Counted from the first letter of the stretch, positions 10,229 through 21,143 are shown. The stretch: DNA of 64,000 bases from Candidatus Omnitrophota bacterium (GCA_003598135.1 QZKA01000027.1:84788-148787), one strand, 5' to 3'. Notes: a model not told the origin generated them from the letters alone. Numbers and translations are program-made.

Positions 10229-11765
10229 GCACTACGCGGTTATACTTCTTCTATTGCTTATAGTTTCAGGCTCTGTGTTGAGATTCTATAAGCTCGGCTC
10301 ACCTACTTTAGACACGGATGAAATTTCAAGTGTGCTTTTGTCAAGAAGAGATATGAGTAAGATAGTATATCGTAGTTGGCATCCTGGTTCTGTGGATGAT
10401 CTCGCTAAAGTTGAAGAGCCGCCGTTTCCTTATTTATTGATGCACGCATCTTTAAAAATCAATGATTCTGATACTATGGCGAGGTTGCCATCCGCAATTC
10501 TTGGGATTGCAGGTATCTTAGTGATTTTTGTTTTAGCTAAACAATGGTTTAACAAAACAACTGCACTATGGTCTAGCTTCCTGTTAACCTTTTCGCTTTA
10601 TCATATTTTTTATTCTCAACTCGCAAGAGGATATGCAGGATTCCTTCTTTTTGTAATGCTCTCTTTTTATTTTCTTCTGCGATACACTCATCATCAAAAT
10701 CGCGTTAATCTTATGGGGCTCATTCTTTCCAACGCAGGTGGGATTTATTTCCATTATGCGATGCTGCATGTGATTATTATTGAATCGGTAATGTTTTTCG
10801 TTCTTCCTTTCTTTGCTGTTAACTCACACAGAAGACCGAAACCTTTATTGAAATCATTTCTCATGATGTGCGGAGTGTTTTTTGTATTGAGCCTCCCCAT
10901 TTTTCCTTCGATCGTTTCTACGGTCCGGGGCCGTCTTGGAGGGGATACACTCGCTTTTGAATTCAACCCTGCTTATTTAAAAAACGTATTGTGCAGATAC
11001 GGGGCAGGAAACGGAATTGCTTTTTATGTCTATATTTTTTTCGCAGTCGCAGGAATTTTTATGGGTCTAAAGAATATGGATAAAAGAAAAAGTATTTTGG
11101 CCCTTTTATTCTGGTTATGCATCCCGTTTTTGTTAATTGCTGTTACGGGTTATAGGTATGATTTCCACATCCGCTATTTTATCTACGCATTCCCAGCTTA
11201 TATTTTGTTTGTAGGAAACGGAATTTCTTCTGTTGGGGGGGTAGTCGCCAGAAAATTGTCCGATGGTAAGGGCAAAGTATTTTTTTCGGTTATTACAATA
11301 TTCCTTTTTTTAAGCTTGAGCATCGTTCCATTAAGGTTGTATTATAGTATGCCGGCAAAAATGACAGACTGGAAGGCCATTGCCCGTTATATCGCAAGAA
11401 ACTATTCCCCGGATAAAAGGGTGTATATTGAGAGTTCATTTTGTGTTTATGAGCTCGGGTATTATCTAGATAAAATTGCTCCCGGAGTAAAGCTGTATAC
11501 GGTTGACGGAGACAAGGCAAAATTTATGCAGGTATGTTCCGAGAAAAAAGATAGCATTTGGTATGTAGACAATAGCCCCGTGTTTGACTCCTTAGTGTTT
11601 CGATATTTTGATACGCGGGTAGAATTCGTTTCGACTGTTTTTTATGAGCTGGGGAAAAGGGAATTAATCGATTGGGACAAAAGCTGGTTTAGCCAGGCAA
11701 ATATCAGGCGCTATTTCCCTTGCATTTACCTGAATTCCGCAGAAAAAGGAAAGGGCCGGCTATGA
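10203..11765 (+). CDS. ArnT/PMT-family (GT39/GT83-like) GT-C membrane glycosyltransferase
   Basis: N-terminal loop with the DxDE motif (DTDEIS), EPPFPYLL, ARLPSAILGIAGILV and SQLARGY typical of undecaprenyl-P-sugar-dependent ArnT-like transferases. Multi-TM. Confidence 0.65.
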   Translation: MKNSLNLNKHYAVILLLLLIVSGSVLRFYKLGSPTLDTDEISSVLLSRRDMSKIVYRSWHPGSVDDLAKVEEPPFPYLLMHASLKINDSDTMARLPSAILGIAGILVIFVLAKQWFNKTTALWSSFLLTFSLYHIFYSQLARGYAGFLLFVMLSFYFLLRYTHHQNRVNLMGLILSNAGGIYFHYAMLHVIIIESVMFFVLPFFAVNSHRRPKPLLKSFLMMCGVFFVLSLPIFPSIVSTVRGRLGGDTLAFEFNPAYLKNVLCRYGAGNGIAFYVYIFFAVAGIFMGLKNMDKRKSILALLFWLCIPFLLIAVTGYRYDFHIRYFIYAFPAYILFVGNGISSVGGVVARKLSDGKGKVFFSVITIFLFLSLSIVPLRLYYSMPAKMTDWKAIARYIARNYSPDKRVYIESSFCVYELGYYLDKIAPGVKLYTVDGDKAKFMQVCSEKKDSIWYVDNSPVFDSLVFRYFDTRVEFVSTVFYELGKRELIDWDKSWFSQANIRRYFPCIYLNSAEKGKGRL

Positions 11766-12751
11766 GGATGACTATATGGTTCATCGTGAAAGCCGCAATA
11801 ATCTTTTCTGTGTTTTTTTATCTTGCGGGCCAGTCCGTTTTCGATGTTAAGGAATACGAATTTTTTGAGAAAAGGCAGATGATTGAGTTGAATGAGTCCG
11901 AGGTAAGCGTGGAGCATGATCTTCGAAAGGACGATTATTTTGTAAAGGTCAAATACGTAAAGCCGCTTTTACTAAAAAACATCGCTGTAAATGGAAAATC
12001 CGACGGCTTGGTTGGGTTGGAGAAGAAGGGAAAAGACGTTATCAATAACGAGGCGTTCTATGTCCCTAAGGGCCTTATCCGGGAGGGTAAGAATATTTTG
12101 ACTTTTTCATTTAGCGAGAAATCAGACTTTAAGGCCGACCTGTTTCTGTCGAATTACCGTAAGAAGATAGGCTCAGGTATCTATGTAGTGTTTAACGAAG
12201 ACAGGAAACCAATACAAGAATCCGAACGGGAAAACAGTTTTGTCTTTATCATAGCGTACTTCTTCGGGCTTTCTGTATTTGCCTGGCTGGTTTGGAAAAA
12301 TTTTTTTGCTGCTGCGCACCGGCCGATTATGAAACAGTTTACATCTTTATCTATACCTTTTTTTATGATGCTCTTTTTGTGGGTTAATAACATTTTTAAT
12401 TTCTACCGTATTTACTTTACCCAAGGCTGTTTCTTTGCGTTTGCATTTTTTACTGCCGCCGGCTGGTCGGTTTTTATAAATTTTGAAAAATTAAAGTATG
12501 TTTTTTCATTTCCGCGTCAGCGACAATATTCTTTTAAAATAGAGTTGCCTGCGCGCGTGCGCTTTTTCCGGGTTAGTATCGAGCATATTTTTTTCCTCCT
12601 GTTTTTCCTTGTTTTGTTTTTTTCTTCCATTTTTATCATTCTTGGAATGAAAGAAATTGCGGAAGAGTTCGCTAAACTTACAACTATTTTTTTGGCAACT
12701 GGCATTTGTATAAAAACGGCAATGTTTTTTAAATCCGAAGAGCCTCAATGA
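11762..12751 (+). CDS. Membrane protein of unknown function (N-terminal anchor, ~150-aa extracytoplasmic domain, C-terminal multi-TM)
   Basis: ATG at 11762 overlaps the upstream stop (ATGA). The ORF track's 11720 start has no supporting signal. Confidence 0.45.
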   Translation: MRMTIWFIVKAAIIFSVFFYLAGQSVFDVKEYEFFEKRQMIELNESEVSVEHDLRKDDYFVKVKYVKPLLLKNIAVNGKSDGLVGLEKKGKDVINNEAFYVPKGLIREGKNILTFSFSEKSDFKADLFLSNYRKKIGSGIYVVFNEDRKPIQESERENSFVFIIAYFFGLSVFAWLVWKNFFAAAHRPIMKQFTSLSIPFFMMLFLWVNNIFNFYRIYFTQGCFFAFAFFTAAGWSVFINFEKLKYVFSFPRQRQYSFKIELPARVRFFRVSIEHIFFLLFFLVLFFSSIFIILGMKEIAEEFAKLTTIFLATGICIKTAMFFKSEEPQ

Positions 12752-14532
12752 AGAAAATTCTGATAGTCGTTTTGATTTTTACTGGTTTAACGGCAGTAAT
12801 GACGTTTCCTCTTATTAAGGGCCTCACATCGTCTTTCCCCGGGTTCCATAGTACCGATGAACCGTATGGCGTGTTGTGGTATTCCTGGTGGCTTAAGTAT
12901 TCTTCGCTCCACGGCCTTGCTTCTTACGCGTGCCCGGTTATTGCTGCGCCATTCGGTGTGGTTCTTAGCCAGGCTCCTCAGTATCCCTTAAACGATTTTA
13001 TTACCCGTTTGTCCACTATTGCCTTTGGGGCGGTAACGACCTATAATTTAGCGATTCTGTTTAGTTTTGTCCTGGCAGGCTTGTGTGCATACTTCCTTGT
13101 ATATCACATAACCAACGATTTCTTTGCTTCTGTGTACTCAGGGGTCATCTACTCTTTTTTGCCGTATCACTTCGCAAGGGCTTGGCAACACCCGAGCCTT
13201 GCCCAAATCCAATATTTCCCCTTGTTGCTGTTATCGTTATTCCTGCTTAAAGAAAAAAGCAACAGGGCAAGTGTAGCGCTTCTGGTGCTAAGCCTTGCGC
13301 TCAGCGCGCTGTCTAGTTATTATTACCTTTATTTCTCGTTGATTATTATCGGAGTTTATGCTATGTTCATTGTTATAATTGAGAAAAGAAATTCGCTTCA
13401 TACATTAAAACTATTATTGATTTGTTTGGTGCTGGCCTGCATTCTGCTTATGCCTTTATTATACCCGATTTTAAAGACGAGCCTTTCTCCGCATAAAACC
13501 GCCTCGATGGTCGCAGGGGGTTATATCAGGCCCTTTGAAGACCTGTTTGCCCAATCTGCCAGGCCCTTAAGTTATCTCTTGCCTGCAAGCGTCCACCCGT
13601 TATTCGGCCGTTTTACCGAGCGGTTTGTTGGTTCTCCGTTGTACGGCATGAGTTTTACCGAGCATACTTTGTATCTGGGGCTGACTCCGTTTTTTATGGC
13701 CTTTATTGCGTTCCGGCAATGGCGAAGAAGGCGCAAGGGGCCCGTAGAAAACCGTGCCTCTGCGTATATCGGTTTTTTTGCGTTACTTGCGTTAATGGCC
13801 TGGCTTTTTTCCCAGCCACCCTGGTGGAAGATAGGCGGGTTAAAGCTCTACATGCCCTCAGTTTTTATGTATCGGGTACTTCCTATGTTCAGGGCGTATT
13901 GCAGGTTCGGTATTGTAGTAATGCTGGCAATAGCGGTCCTTGCGGGGATCGGCCTTGCGCTCATCAGGGCAAAATGCAGGTCATCGCGCATCAAGGCCTT
14001 CATCGTAGTAGTTGCCTGTGCTGCGGTGCTTTTTGAATTCTGGAATTACCCGCCCCTTAAAACCATCAATGTATCAAGCGTACCCGCCGCATATCTGTGG
14101 CTCAAAAAACAGCCCGGGGATTTTATCATTGCGGAATATCCGCTTGATACGGAATCACCCAATGAGTTGTATAAATTCCATCAGACGGTGCATGAGAAAA
14201 TGATTATTAACGGAACGATACCGAAGACCTTCGCACATAGGTTTGCTCAGTCTATCGCACAATTATCGAATATTCGTACTACAGCAACACTGTACAGAAT
14301 GGGCGTTAAATATGTGGTAATCCATCGAGAGGCTTATTTAAAAACCGGCCTCATTGAGCAGAAAGAAGAATTAGGAAGGATTCCTTCCAATCCCGCATTG
14401 AGGCTTGTTAAAAGCTTTCCCGGCCAAATGTGCCCGGATAAGGATATCCGCTGTATACTTGAGCCGGGAGTGATAGATATATACGAGGTAATGAAGGCTA
14501 ATACGTCTATGGGCAGGGAGAAAGCGCTATGA
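12748..14532 (+). CDS. Polytopic membrane protein (594 aa), GT-C-like candidate
   Basis: ATG overlaps the upstream stop (ATGA). About 11 TM helices plus a C-terminal soluble domain. Confidence 0.5.
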   Translation: MKKILIVVLIFTGLTAVMTFPLIKGLTSSFPGFHSTDEPYGVLWYSWWLKYSSLHGLASYACPVIAAPFGVVLSQAPQYPLNDFITRLSTIAFGAVTTYNLAILFSFVLAGLCAYFLVYHITNDFFASVYSGVIYSFLPYHFARAWQHPSLAQIQYFPLLLLSLFLLKEKSNRASVALLVLSLALSALSSYYYLYFSLIIIGVYAMFIVIIEKRNSLHTLKLLLICLVLACILLMPLLYPILKTSLSPHKTASMVAGGYIRPFEDLFAQSARPLSYLLPASVHPLFGRFTERFVGSPLYGMSFTEHTLYLGLTPFFMAFIAFRQWRRRRKGPVENRASAYIGFFALLALMAWLFSQPPWWKIGGLKLYMPSVFMYRVLPMFRAYCRFGIVVMLAIAVLAGIGLALIRAKCRSSRIKAFIVVVACAAVLFEFWNYPPLKTINVSSVPAAYLWLKKQPGDFIIAEYPLDTESPNELYKFHQTVHEKMIINGTIPKTFAHRFAQSIAQLSNIRTTATLYRMGVKYVVIHREAYLKTGLIEQKEELGRIPSNPALRLVKSFPGQMCPDKDIRCILEPGVIDIYEVMKANTSMGREKAL

Positions 14533-15221
14533 AAGTAGTTATTTTATGCGGCGGAAAAGGCACGAGAATGGGGAATGAGAAGCTGCCAAAACCGTTATTT
14601 CTCATAGGAGGAAAGCCTATATTATGGCATATCATGAATATGTACGACCATTACGGCCTTAATGATTTTATCCTCTGCCTTGGTTACGAAGGCCATAAGA
14701 TACGGGATTACTTTTCGGGTCACAAAAAATGGAAAATTGCTTTTGCGGATACCGGCATTGAAACAAATACCGGAGAAAGAATCAAGAAAATCGAACATCT
14801 TATACGCTCAGAAGTATTTTGCGCGACATACGGGGACGGTGTTAGTAATATTAATGTGCATGCATTGCTAAGGGCACATTCGGTTCACAACAAGATTGCC
14901 ACTATTTCCGTGGTAAAGCCGCACTCTCCTTTTGGAATTGTCGGGATTGATTCTCATACGCAGACAGTGACGCATTTTGAGGAAAAGCCGGTACTCGACC
15001 ACTGGATAAACGGGGGTTTTTTTGTATTTAACAGAGCGCTGTTCGGGTACCTTAAGAAAGGCGATGTGTTGGAAAGAGATACTTTTTTAAGGCTGCTGCG
15101 CAATAAGCAGATAGCAGCGTTTAAGCATGACGGATTCTGGAAATGTATGGATACGTATAAGGATAACCTGGAACTGAACGAATTATGGAAACGGAATGTT
15201 GCGCCATGGAGGGTATGGTAA
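14529..15221 (+). CDS. rfbF: Glucose-1-phosphate cytidylyltransferase (CDP-glucose pyrophosphorylase)
   Basis: MKVVILCGGKGTRMG...LPKPLFLIGGKPILWHIM motif typical of RfbF/DdhA. ATGA overlap with the upstream gene. Confidence 0.85.
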   Translation: MKVVILCGGKGTRMGNEKLPKPLFLIGGKPILWHIMNMYDHYGLNDFILCLGYEGHKIRDYFSGHKKWKIAFADTGIETNTGERIKKIEHLIRSEVFCATYGDGVSNINVHALLRAHSVHNKIATISVVKPHSPFGIVGIDSHTQTVTHFEEKPVLDHWINGGFFVFNRALFGYLKKGDVLERDTFLRLLRNKQIAAFKHDGFWKCMDTYKDNLELNELWKRNVAPWRVW

Positions 15222-15224
15222 AAA

Positions 15225-16205
15225 ATGAAAAATATATGGAAAAGAAAAGTAATAGTTATTACGGGCGCAAACGGGTTTCTCGGCTCTCACCTTGTAAAGA
15301 GGGCGCTTGAGTATAACGCTAAGGTAGTGGTATTGATCAAAGAGGACATTCCGCTTTCATTATTCAATATTGAAAAGCTTTATCGAAAGGCGACGGTAAT
15401 CAGGGGAGATTTAAAAAACCGCAGGCTTATTGCTTCGCTTTTTGCGAAGAATAAGGTCAGCCTTTGCCTGCATATAGCTGCTCAGGCTATTGTCGGGATA
15501 GCAAATAAATCGCCGCTTGGGACCTTGAGGACCAATATTGAAGGGACCTGGAATATTCTTGAGGCGGCCAGGGTGTATGGCGTAGGTGCGATGATAGTGG
15601 CGTCAAGCGATAAGGCCTATGGTGAACACGAGAAGCTGCCGTATAAGGAAGATGCCTCGCTTCTTTCCTTGCATCCGTACGATGCATCGAAGGCCTGTGC
15701 GGATATACTAAGCCGGACTTACGCGCATACGTATGCGATGCCTATCGGGGTTAGCCGTTGCGCCAATATCTATGGTCCGGGGGATTTCAATTTTAGCCGT
15801 ATTATACCCGATACCATGAGGGCAGTTATTAATGACAAGAATCCGGTTATCCGCAGTGACGGCACCCCCCTAAGGGATTATGTGTTTATTGTGGATATCG
15901 TAGATGCGTATTACCGTTTAGCACAAATGCTTTACTTAAGGAAGATTGATTTCGGCGAGGCATTCAATTTTGGAACCGGAAGAGCGATACGCGTATTGGA
16001 TCTGGCGAACAAGATCATCAAGGTATCCGCAAAATCGCATCTGTCGCCTCGCATCTTAAGCAAGGGCAAGATTAAAGGAGAAATCGAAAAGCAATACCTT
16101 TCAAGCGGGAAAGCTAAAAAACTGTTGGGATGGAAAGCAAAATATAGCCTCGATCAGGGGGTCAAAGAGGCATATGCCTATTACAGGGATTTTTTCAAGA
16201 AATAA
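15225..16205 (+). CDS. rfbG: CDP-glucose 4,6-dehydratase
   Basis: Extended-SDR protein with GANGFLGSHL and a YDASK catalytic motif, immediately downstream of rfbF. Confidence 0.8.
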   Translation: MKNIWKRKVIVITGANGFLGSHLVKRALEYNAKVVVLIKEDIPLSLFNIEKLYRKATVIRGDLKNRRLIASLFAKNKVSLCLHIAAQAIVGIANKSPLGTLRTNIEGTWNILEAARVYGVGAMIVASSDKAYGEHEKLPYKEDASLLSLHPYDASKACADILSRTYAHTYAMPIGVSRCANIYGPGDFNFSRIIPDTMRAVINDKNPVIRSDGTPLRDYVFIVDIVDAYYRLAQMLYLRKIDFGEAFNFGTGRAIRVLDLANKIIKVSAKSHLSPRILSKGKIKGEIEKQYLSSGKAKKLLGWKAKYSLDQGVKEAYAYYRDFFKK

Positions 16206-16259
16206 CCGGACCGTGCATACCACTACATGCCTAAAGAAGCGCGTAAGGGAGGGGAGTTG

Positions 16260-17021
16260 ATGAGGAGAATAATTTTTGCAATCTTTGCTCTGGCGATCGC
16301 AATGTTTTTATTAAGCAGCAAAATGAACAATGACCCTGCCGCGATATTGTCGGCTTTGTCCAAAAAGAACGCATCCGGGTCAACAGAATTAAAATATAAG
16401 CTTTATTTACTGGGAGTTGTCCCGGCCGGAGAAGCGTTACTTACCGATAAGGGGGAGGTAGAATTTAATGGTAAAAAGGTATACCATCTTCACGCGGTGG
16501 CTGAGAGTTCGCGCATATTCTCGTTATTTTTTCACGGGAGGGCCCAGATGGATTCCTATATTGACCCTGCGACTATGCTGCCCGTTGCCTTTATGCAAAA
16601 AATAAGCCTTTCCGGAAAACCCGACACGGAGAAAGAAGTAACGTATGACCAGGTACATAACGTGATGACGAGCGCCGGGATTAAGAGGGAGATCCTGCCC
16701 CGTACCCACGATGCCCTTTCCCTGGTATTCAGCCTCAGGAGCGTCGATTTTAGTGCTACAGACACCATAGAGTTCAATGTAAACACGAATCAAAAGAATT
16801 ATATTTTAAGCGGAAATGCGCAAAAAAAAGAATTGCCGGTTAATCATGGGATTATTGAAGTTGTCCAGGCGAAAGTCCAGATCAAAAGGCGCGATGGCAA
16901 TCCATACCACCAGTCTTCGGTCGAAATGTTCGTATGGGAAGCAAACAAAAAAATCCCATTTTTAATAAAAATTTCTGCAAACGGCATCCCCATTACGGTG
17001 AAGTTGGTAGAAGCGCGTTAA
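16260..17021 (+). CDS. Secreted/periplasmic hypothetical protein
   Basis: AAGGGAGGGGAG Shine-Dalgarno upstream of the ATG at 16260. N-terminal signal-peptide-like segment MRRIIFAIFALAIAMFLLSS. Confidence 0.5.
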   Translation: MRRIIFAIFALAIAMFLLSSKMNNDPAAILSALSKKNASGSTELKYKLYLLGVVPAGEALLTDKGEVEFNGKKVYHLHAVAESSRIFSLFFHGRAQMDSYIDPATMLPVAFMQKISLSGKPDTEKEVTYDQVHNVMTSAGIKREILPRTHDALSLVFSLRSVDFSATDTIEFNVNTNQKNYILSGNAQKKELPVNHGIIEVVQAKVQIKRRDGNPYHQSSVEMFVWEANKKIPFLIKISANGIPITVKLVEAR

Positions 17022-17076
17022 TTCCTATCTCGGGTTAACAGGCGCGTAAAAAAAAGAAAGTAAGGGAATAGCTCCA

Positions 17077-19176
17077 ATGATGCTTCTGTTTTTAATGAAC
17101 GCCATGGTAGGGCTTAGCGCCTTTTTTTTGACATATAAGGTGCTTAAGCTCGGTAGTGCAGGCGATTCATTGATTGCGTTCATAGGCATATATCTTGCGC
17201 AGATTGTTTCTACGCAGTGTATGTTAGGATTGCTAGGCGAGCTGTATCTTAGCAATCTTATTTTCATTAACGCGTTAGTTTTATTGGTTGTTACCGCGTC
17301 TTGCCGCCGCAAAGGCTATTTTTTCAGCAGGCCAGGTTTTAAAAGCGCGGGCTCCGGGCTCTTAAAACATAAAGCTATATTGCTTGTTTTTTCCATACTA
17401 GTAGGATTTGGGTTAATCAAGATGGCAATCAATCTGGCGAATCCGCCTTTTGGTTGGGATAACTTGAATTACCATTTTACTTTTCCCGTGGAGTGGCTAA
17501 AAAACGGCAACCTCAATAACCCGATTACCGTATTTGATGAGCCCGGCCCCACGTATTATCCTCTTAATGGAAGTTTGTTTTTTTTATGGCTCATATTTCC
17601 ATTACGAAATGTCTTTATCGCTGACCTAGGCCAGATTCCTTTTTTTGTCCTTGCATTTTTGTCAGTCTACGCGCTCGCGCGTAAATTAAAACTGAAACAA
17701 CAATGGTCTTTTATAGCCGCCTGCCTGTTCAGCCTCATACCGAATTATTTTAAACAACTCGAAGTGGCTTACGTCGATGTAATGGTCGCAGCGTTGTTTT
17801 TAGCATCCCTCAATGCGCTTTTTATCTTGCGGGAAAACTTTTCCATCAAAGGGACTATACTATTGGCGATTCCGCTCGGCTTGCTCATCGGGACGAAAAC
17901 CATCGGGCTGCTTTATTCCTTGCTGTTAATTGTACCTTTTGTGTATATCCAGTTTGTAAACAGGAAAAATACGCCTTCTTTAATTGCGCACCTATTGACT
18001 GCTTTTGGCATCATTATGATTCTTGGTGGTTACAGCTACCTAAAGAATTTTGTCGATACAGGCAATCCTTTATACCCCTTAGAAGTGAAGGTGTTCGGAA
18101 AAACCATTTTTAAGGGCGTGATGGACTTTTACACTTTCCGCGCGCATACGTTGACTGCTGATTATAGCCTTGCCAAAATCCTCTTTCACGAGGGCTTAGG
18201 TTTGCAAGGAGCATTATTGGTCTTTCCCGCAACAATCCTCGCATTGCCTTTGGTATATGCAAAAAAACGCCATAGCTTTGGGCTTGCGCATTTCTACTTT
18301 TTAGTTTTACCGTTGTTGTTATTTTTTATTTTTCGTTTTCTGATACCCCTGGCTAACGTTCGTTACCTTTATGCCTTATTCGGTGTAGCGGTATTGAGTG
18401 CAGTATATATTTGTAAACTCTATGCGTTGCCTGAAAAAATTTTCTTTGCGTTAGCCGGATTATGCGCAATTTCATCGATCCCGGAACTTGCCAGCCGCAT
18501 GGAGCTCATTGCGGGGATAATGGCGACCGCTGTGGTATTTTTTAGTCTGCCTTTTTTGGTTGAACGCGTCTTTAATGTAAATTGGTTGAAACGGCCCCTG
18601 GTGATTTATACCTTATGCCTTTCGATATTCATACCGATGATGCTTTTGGAGAGGAATTATTCCGCTTACGAATTCCAGCGGTATGGGCGCATGGTTAAGT
18701 ATTCGGGTTTCTGGCCGGACGCTACAGAGGCCTGGTATTGGCTTAACGAGCATACCAGCGGTAATGCCATTGCGTATGTAGGCAGACCCGTCCCTTTTCC
18801 GCTATACGGAACGGGTTTTAAGAATACTGTCTATTATGTGTCAGTCAATGGAATCGAACCGGCAAAAGTGCATTACTATTCCGGGAGTTTCTATCGATGG
18901 AGTTATGATTTTTTGACGCTGCATAAAAATCTTGAAGAGCCGAACAATTATAGAGGGCATGCTGATTTTGCGACATGGTACAATAACCTTCGCAATAAAG
19001 ATATAGGATACCTATTTGTATATTCACTGCATCAGACAAAAGAGACGGTTTTTCCTATAGAAGAACAGTGGGCAAAGACGCACCCCGAGAGCTTCATTCT
19101 CGTTTTTAGAAACAGCACAATACGGATTTATCAGCTGAATTGGGCTGGCGGAATAAAATTATTGAGTACGCAGTAA
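17077..19176 (+). CDS. Polytopic membrane protein (699 aa), GT-C-like candidate
   Basis: About 14 TM helices and a C-terminal soluble domain. Architecture similar to the ORFs at 2198 and 12748. Confidence 0.5.
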   Translation: MMLLFLMNAMVGLSAFFLTYKVLKLGSAGDSLIAFIGIYLAQIVSTQCMLGLLGELYLSNLIFINALVLLVVTASCRRKGYFFSRPGFKSAGSGLLKHKAILLVFSILVGFGLIKMAINLANPPFGWDNLNYHFTFPVEWLKNGNLNNPITVFDEPGPTYYPLNGSLFFLWLIFPLRNVFIADLGQIPFFVLAFLSVYALARKLKLKQQWSFIAACLFSLIPNYFKQLEVAYVDVMVAALFLASLNALFILRENFSIKGTILLAIPLGLLIGTKTIGLLYSLLLIVPFVYIQFVNRKNTPSLIAHLLTAFGIIMILGGYSYLKNFVDTGNPLYPLEVKVFGKTIFKGVMDFYTFRAHTLTADYSLAKILFHEGLGLQGALLVFPATILALPLVYAKKRHSFGLAHFYFLVLPLLLFFIFRFLIPLANVRYLYALFGVAVLSAVYICKLYALPEKIFFALAGLCAISSIPELASRMELIAGIMATAVVFFSLPFLVERVFNVNWLKRPLVIYTLCLSIFIPMMLLERNYSAYEFQRYGRMVKYSGFWPDATEAWYWLNEHTSGNAIAYVGRPVPFPLYGTGFKNTVYYVSVNGIEPAKVHYYSGSFYRWSYDFLTLHKNLEEPNNYRGHADFATWYNNLRNKDIGYLFVYSLHQTKETVFPIEEQWAKTHPESFILVFRNSTIRIYQLNWAGGIKLLSTQ

Positions 19177-19203
19177 TTCTTTTGAAAGAGAGGGCAGGAG
19201 ACG

Positions 19204-19902
19204 ATGCCGAATACCTTATTGTCGGTCGTGGTCCCCGTATATAACGAATCCGGGACAATCGAAAAAATTATTGAAAAAATCAACGCAGTCGATATTGATA
19301 AAGAAATAATCGTGATAGATAATTGCTCAAATGACGGTACGCAAGATGTGCTTCAGCGTATCCTAAGGGCAGGCATATTTAGCAATATCAGGGTTATTTA
19401 TCATTCTTGCAATAAGGGCAAAGGAACTTCCGTGAGGGAGGGGATACAAGAGTCGAAAGGGGAAATAGTTGTTATACAAGACGCCGATTTTGAATATAGC
19501 CCTCAGGAATACCATCTCTTGATTGCCCCAATACTTGCGCGCAGGGCTGATTTAGTCCTGGGTGCCCGTTTTATGAAAGGATATACCGGTATTGTCGCCC
19601 ACCGGCTCGGGAATAAGCTTTTAACCGGGTTCTTAAACCTTCTATTCGGCAGTTCCCTCAATGATTATGCGACCTGTTATAAGATGGCACGCAGGCAGGT
19701 TCTTCTTGATCTTGATTTACGTTCATCAAGCTTTGAAATTGAAGCGGAGATTATCTGCAAAGCCCTTAAAAAGAGGCTTCGCATCGAAGAGGTGGCGGTT
19801 TCTTACTTTCCCCGCAGCTACGCGGAAGGAAAAAAGATACGATGGAATGACGGGATTGCGGCATTTTATAGTATTCTCAAGTACCGGTTTACGAAGGGGT
19901 AA
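19204..19902 (+). CDS. GT2 polyprenyl-phosphate sugar synthase (DPM1/ArnC-like glycosyltransferase)
   Basis: VVVPVYNE...IIVIDNCSNDGT...QDADFEY (DxD) signature of GT2 polyprenol-phosphate glycosyltransferases. Short (232 aa), no TM tail. Confidence 0.8.
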   Translation: MPNTLLSVVVPVYNESGTIEKIIEKINAVDIDKEIIVIDNCSNDGTQDVLQRILRAGIFSNIRVIYHSCNKGKGTSVREGIQESKGEIVVIQDADFEYSPQEYHLLIAPILARRADLVLGARFMKGYTGIVAHRLGNKLLTGFLNLLFGSSLNDYATCYKMARRQVLLDLDLRSSSFEIEAEIICKALKKRLRIEEVAVSYFPRSYAEGKKIRWNDGIAAFYSILKYRFTKG

Positions 19903-21143
19903 TGATGGGCAGGGCCGTAAGATTATTCGATTCTATTCTTTTACTGTCAATCGTGATTTTGCCTTTTTCCATGGCAATCGCGAATGCGCCACTCAATATA
20001 TTCAGCGGCGTAATAGTTGCCGCCTACCTTTTAAAAAAGGTAGCCTTGAAACAGTCAATGCGCCTGGATTCAAAAGTGGCCATCCCTTTGGTTATTTTCT
20101 TTCTTATAACCTGTATTTCAATTGCAAATTCCGTTGATATAAAGGATACCTTAAAAGGCGGCATAGGCAGACTTCTGTGGTATATATCCATTCTTTTTAT
20201 TCTTGGCGAAAGCATCAGTAATGCAAAATTACTCAACAAAATATTTATTTCCGTAGTTTTTAGCCTGTGCCTGGTTTCAATAAACGGAATTTGGCAGGTA
20301 GCAGTCGGCAAAGACTTTATAAGGGGATACGAACCGATAATAAATATAGGGTTGGTGCGCGCCACCGCATCTTTTCCGGATGCCAATGTGCTGGGGACCT
20401 TCCTGAGCGCGCTTGCGCCTTTGTTATTCGGCCTGACGCTTTATTATTACGAAGGCCGGAAGAAGGCGTTGCTTGTTTTTCTTTCTTTTCTTGTAATAGT
20501 GGGGATAGTAATAACCTACTCCCGGCCTACCTTGCTGGCAACCTTTATCGTCTTTTTGTTTTTCGGAATCATAAAAAAAGACAAAAAGCTGCTTTTTATT
20601 TTGATTATCATTTTGTGTGCCGCTCCCCTACTTGCCCCCCGTTCGGTAAAAGACTGGGTCCGTTCAAACAACTATAATCCATTAAGGGTTATGTGTAATG
20701 ACGATCGGATAGCTATTTATCGCAACTCTTTTAATATGATCAAGGCGCATCCCTTCTTAGGCGTTGGTGCAAATACCTTTATGAAGAATTACAGGCACTA
20801 TAAGGAAAAACCTGAGTACCTCAACCAAGTAACCTCAGATTACTGCTATGCGCATAACAATTTTTTTCAGATGGCAGCAGAGATCGGCCTGTTTGGTTTG
20901 ACTGTTTTTATCTGGTTTTTATACAATCTATTTAAATCCCTTTTCAAGATACACGCTTGCCTTAAAGATAATTATTTAAAGATTATCTGTCTTTCCCTTA
21001 TTGCCTCATTGCTGTCTTTTTTAATAAACGGGCTTACGGAAAGCAGCTTTTATTCTTCCAGGATCGCCGTGATCTTTTGGTATTTTGCCGGCATGTGCCT
21101 GGGTCTTAAATCCTTTATTCCGAAAGATGCGATTCGATCCTAA
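19902..21143 (+). CDS. O-antigen ligase family membrane protein (Wzy_C / WaaL-like)
   Basis: About 10 TM helices with a large periplasmic loop carrying the H-N/R motif region (YCYAHNNFFQMAAEIG), typical of the Wzy_C domain. Lies immediately upstream of two GT9 genes. Confidence 0.7.
   Translation: MMGRAVRLFDSILLLSIVILPFSMAIANAPLNIFSGVIVAAYLLKKVALKQSMRLDSKVAIPLVIFFLITCISIANSVDIKDTLKGGIGRLLWYISILFILGESISNAKLLNKIFISVVFSLCLVSINGIWQVAVGKDFIRGYEPIINIGLVRATASFPDANVLGTFLSALAPLLFGLTLYYYEGRKKALLVFLSFLVIVGIVITYSRPTLLATFIVFLFFGIIKKDKKLLFILIIILCAAPLLAPRSVKDWVRSNNYNPLRVMCNDDRIAIYRNSFNMIKAHPFLGVGANTFMKNYRHYKEKPEYLNQVTSDYCYAHNNFFQMAAEIGLFGLTVFIWFLYNLFKSLFKIHACLKDNYLKIICLSLIASLLSFLINGLTESSFYSSRIAVIFWYFAGMCLGLKSFIPKDAIRS

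Noticed and set aside
13719-14203. + strand ORFs 13719-14036 and 14012-14203 inside the 12748-14532 membrane gene
   Set aside because: They are alternative frames of a gene with a continuous TM-helix pattern. Their Cys/Arg-rich composition is typical of out-of-frame translation of GC-richer segments.
19661-20677. + strand ORFs 19661-20137 (158 aa) and 20267-20677 (136 aa) in alternative frames
   Set aside because: They overlap the GT2 and Wzy_C genes in another frame. Their compositions are Arg-rich and low-complexity, with no start signals.
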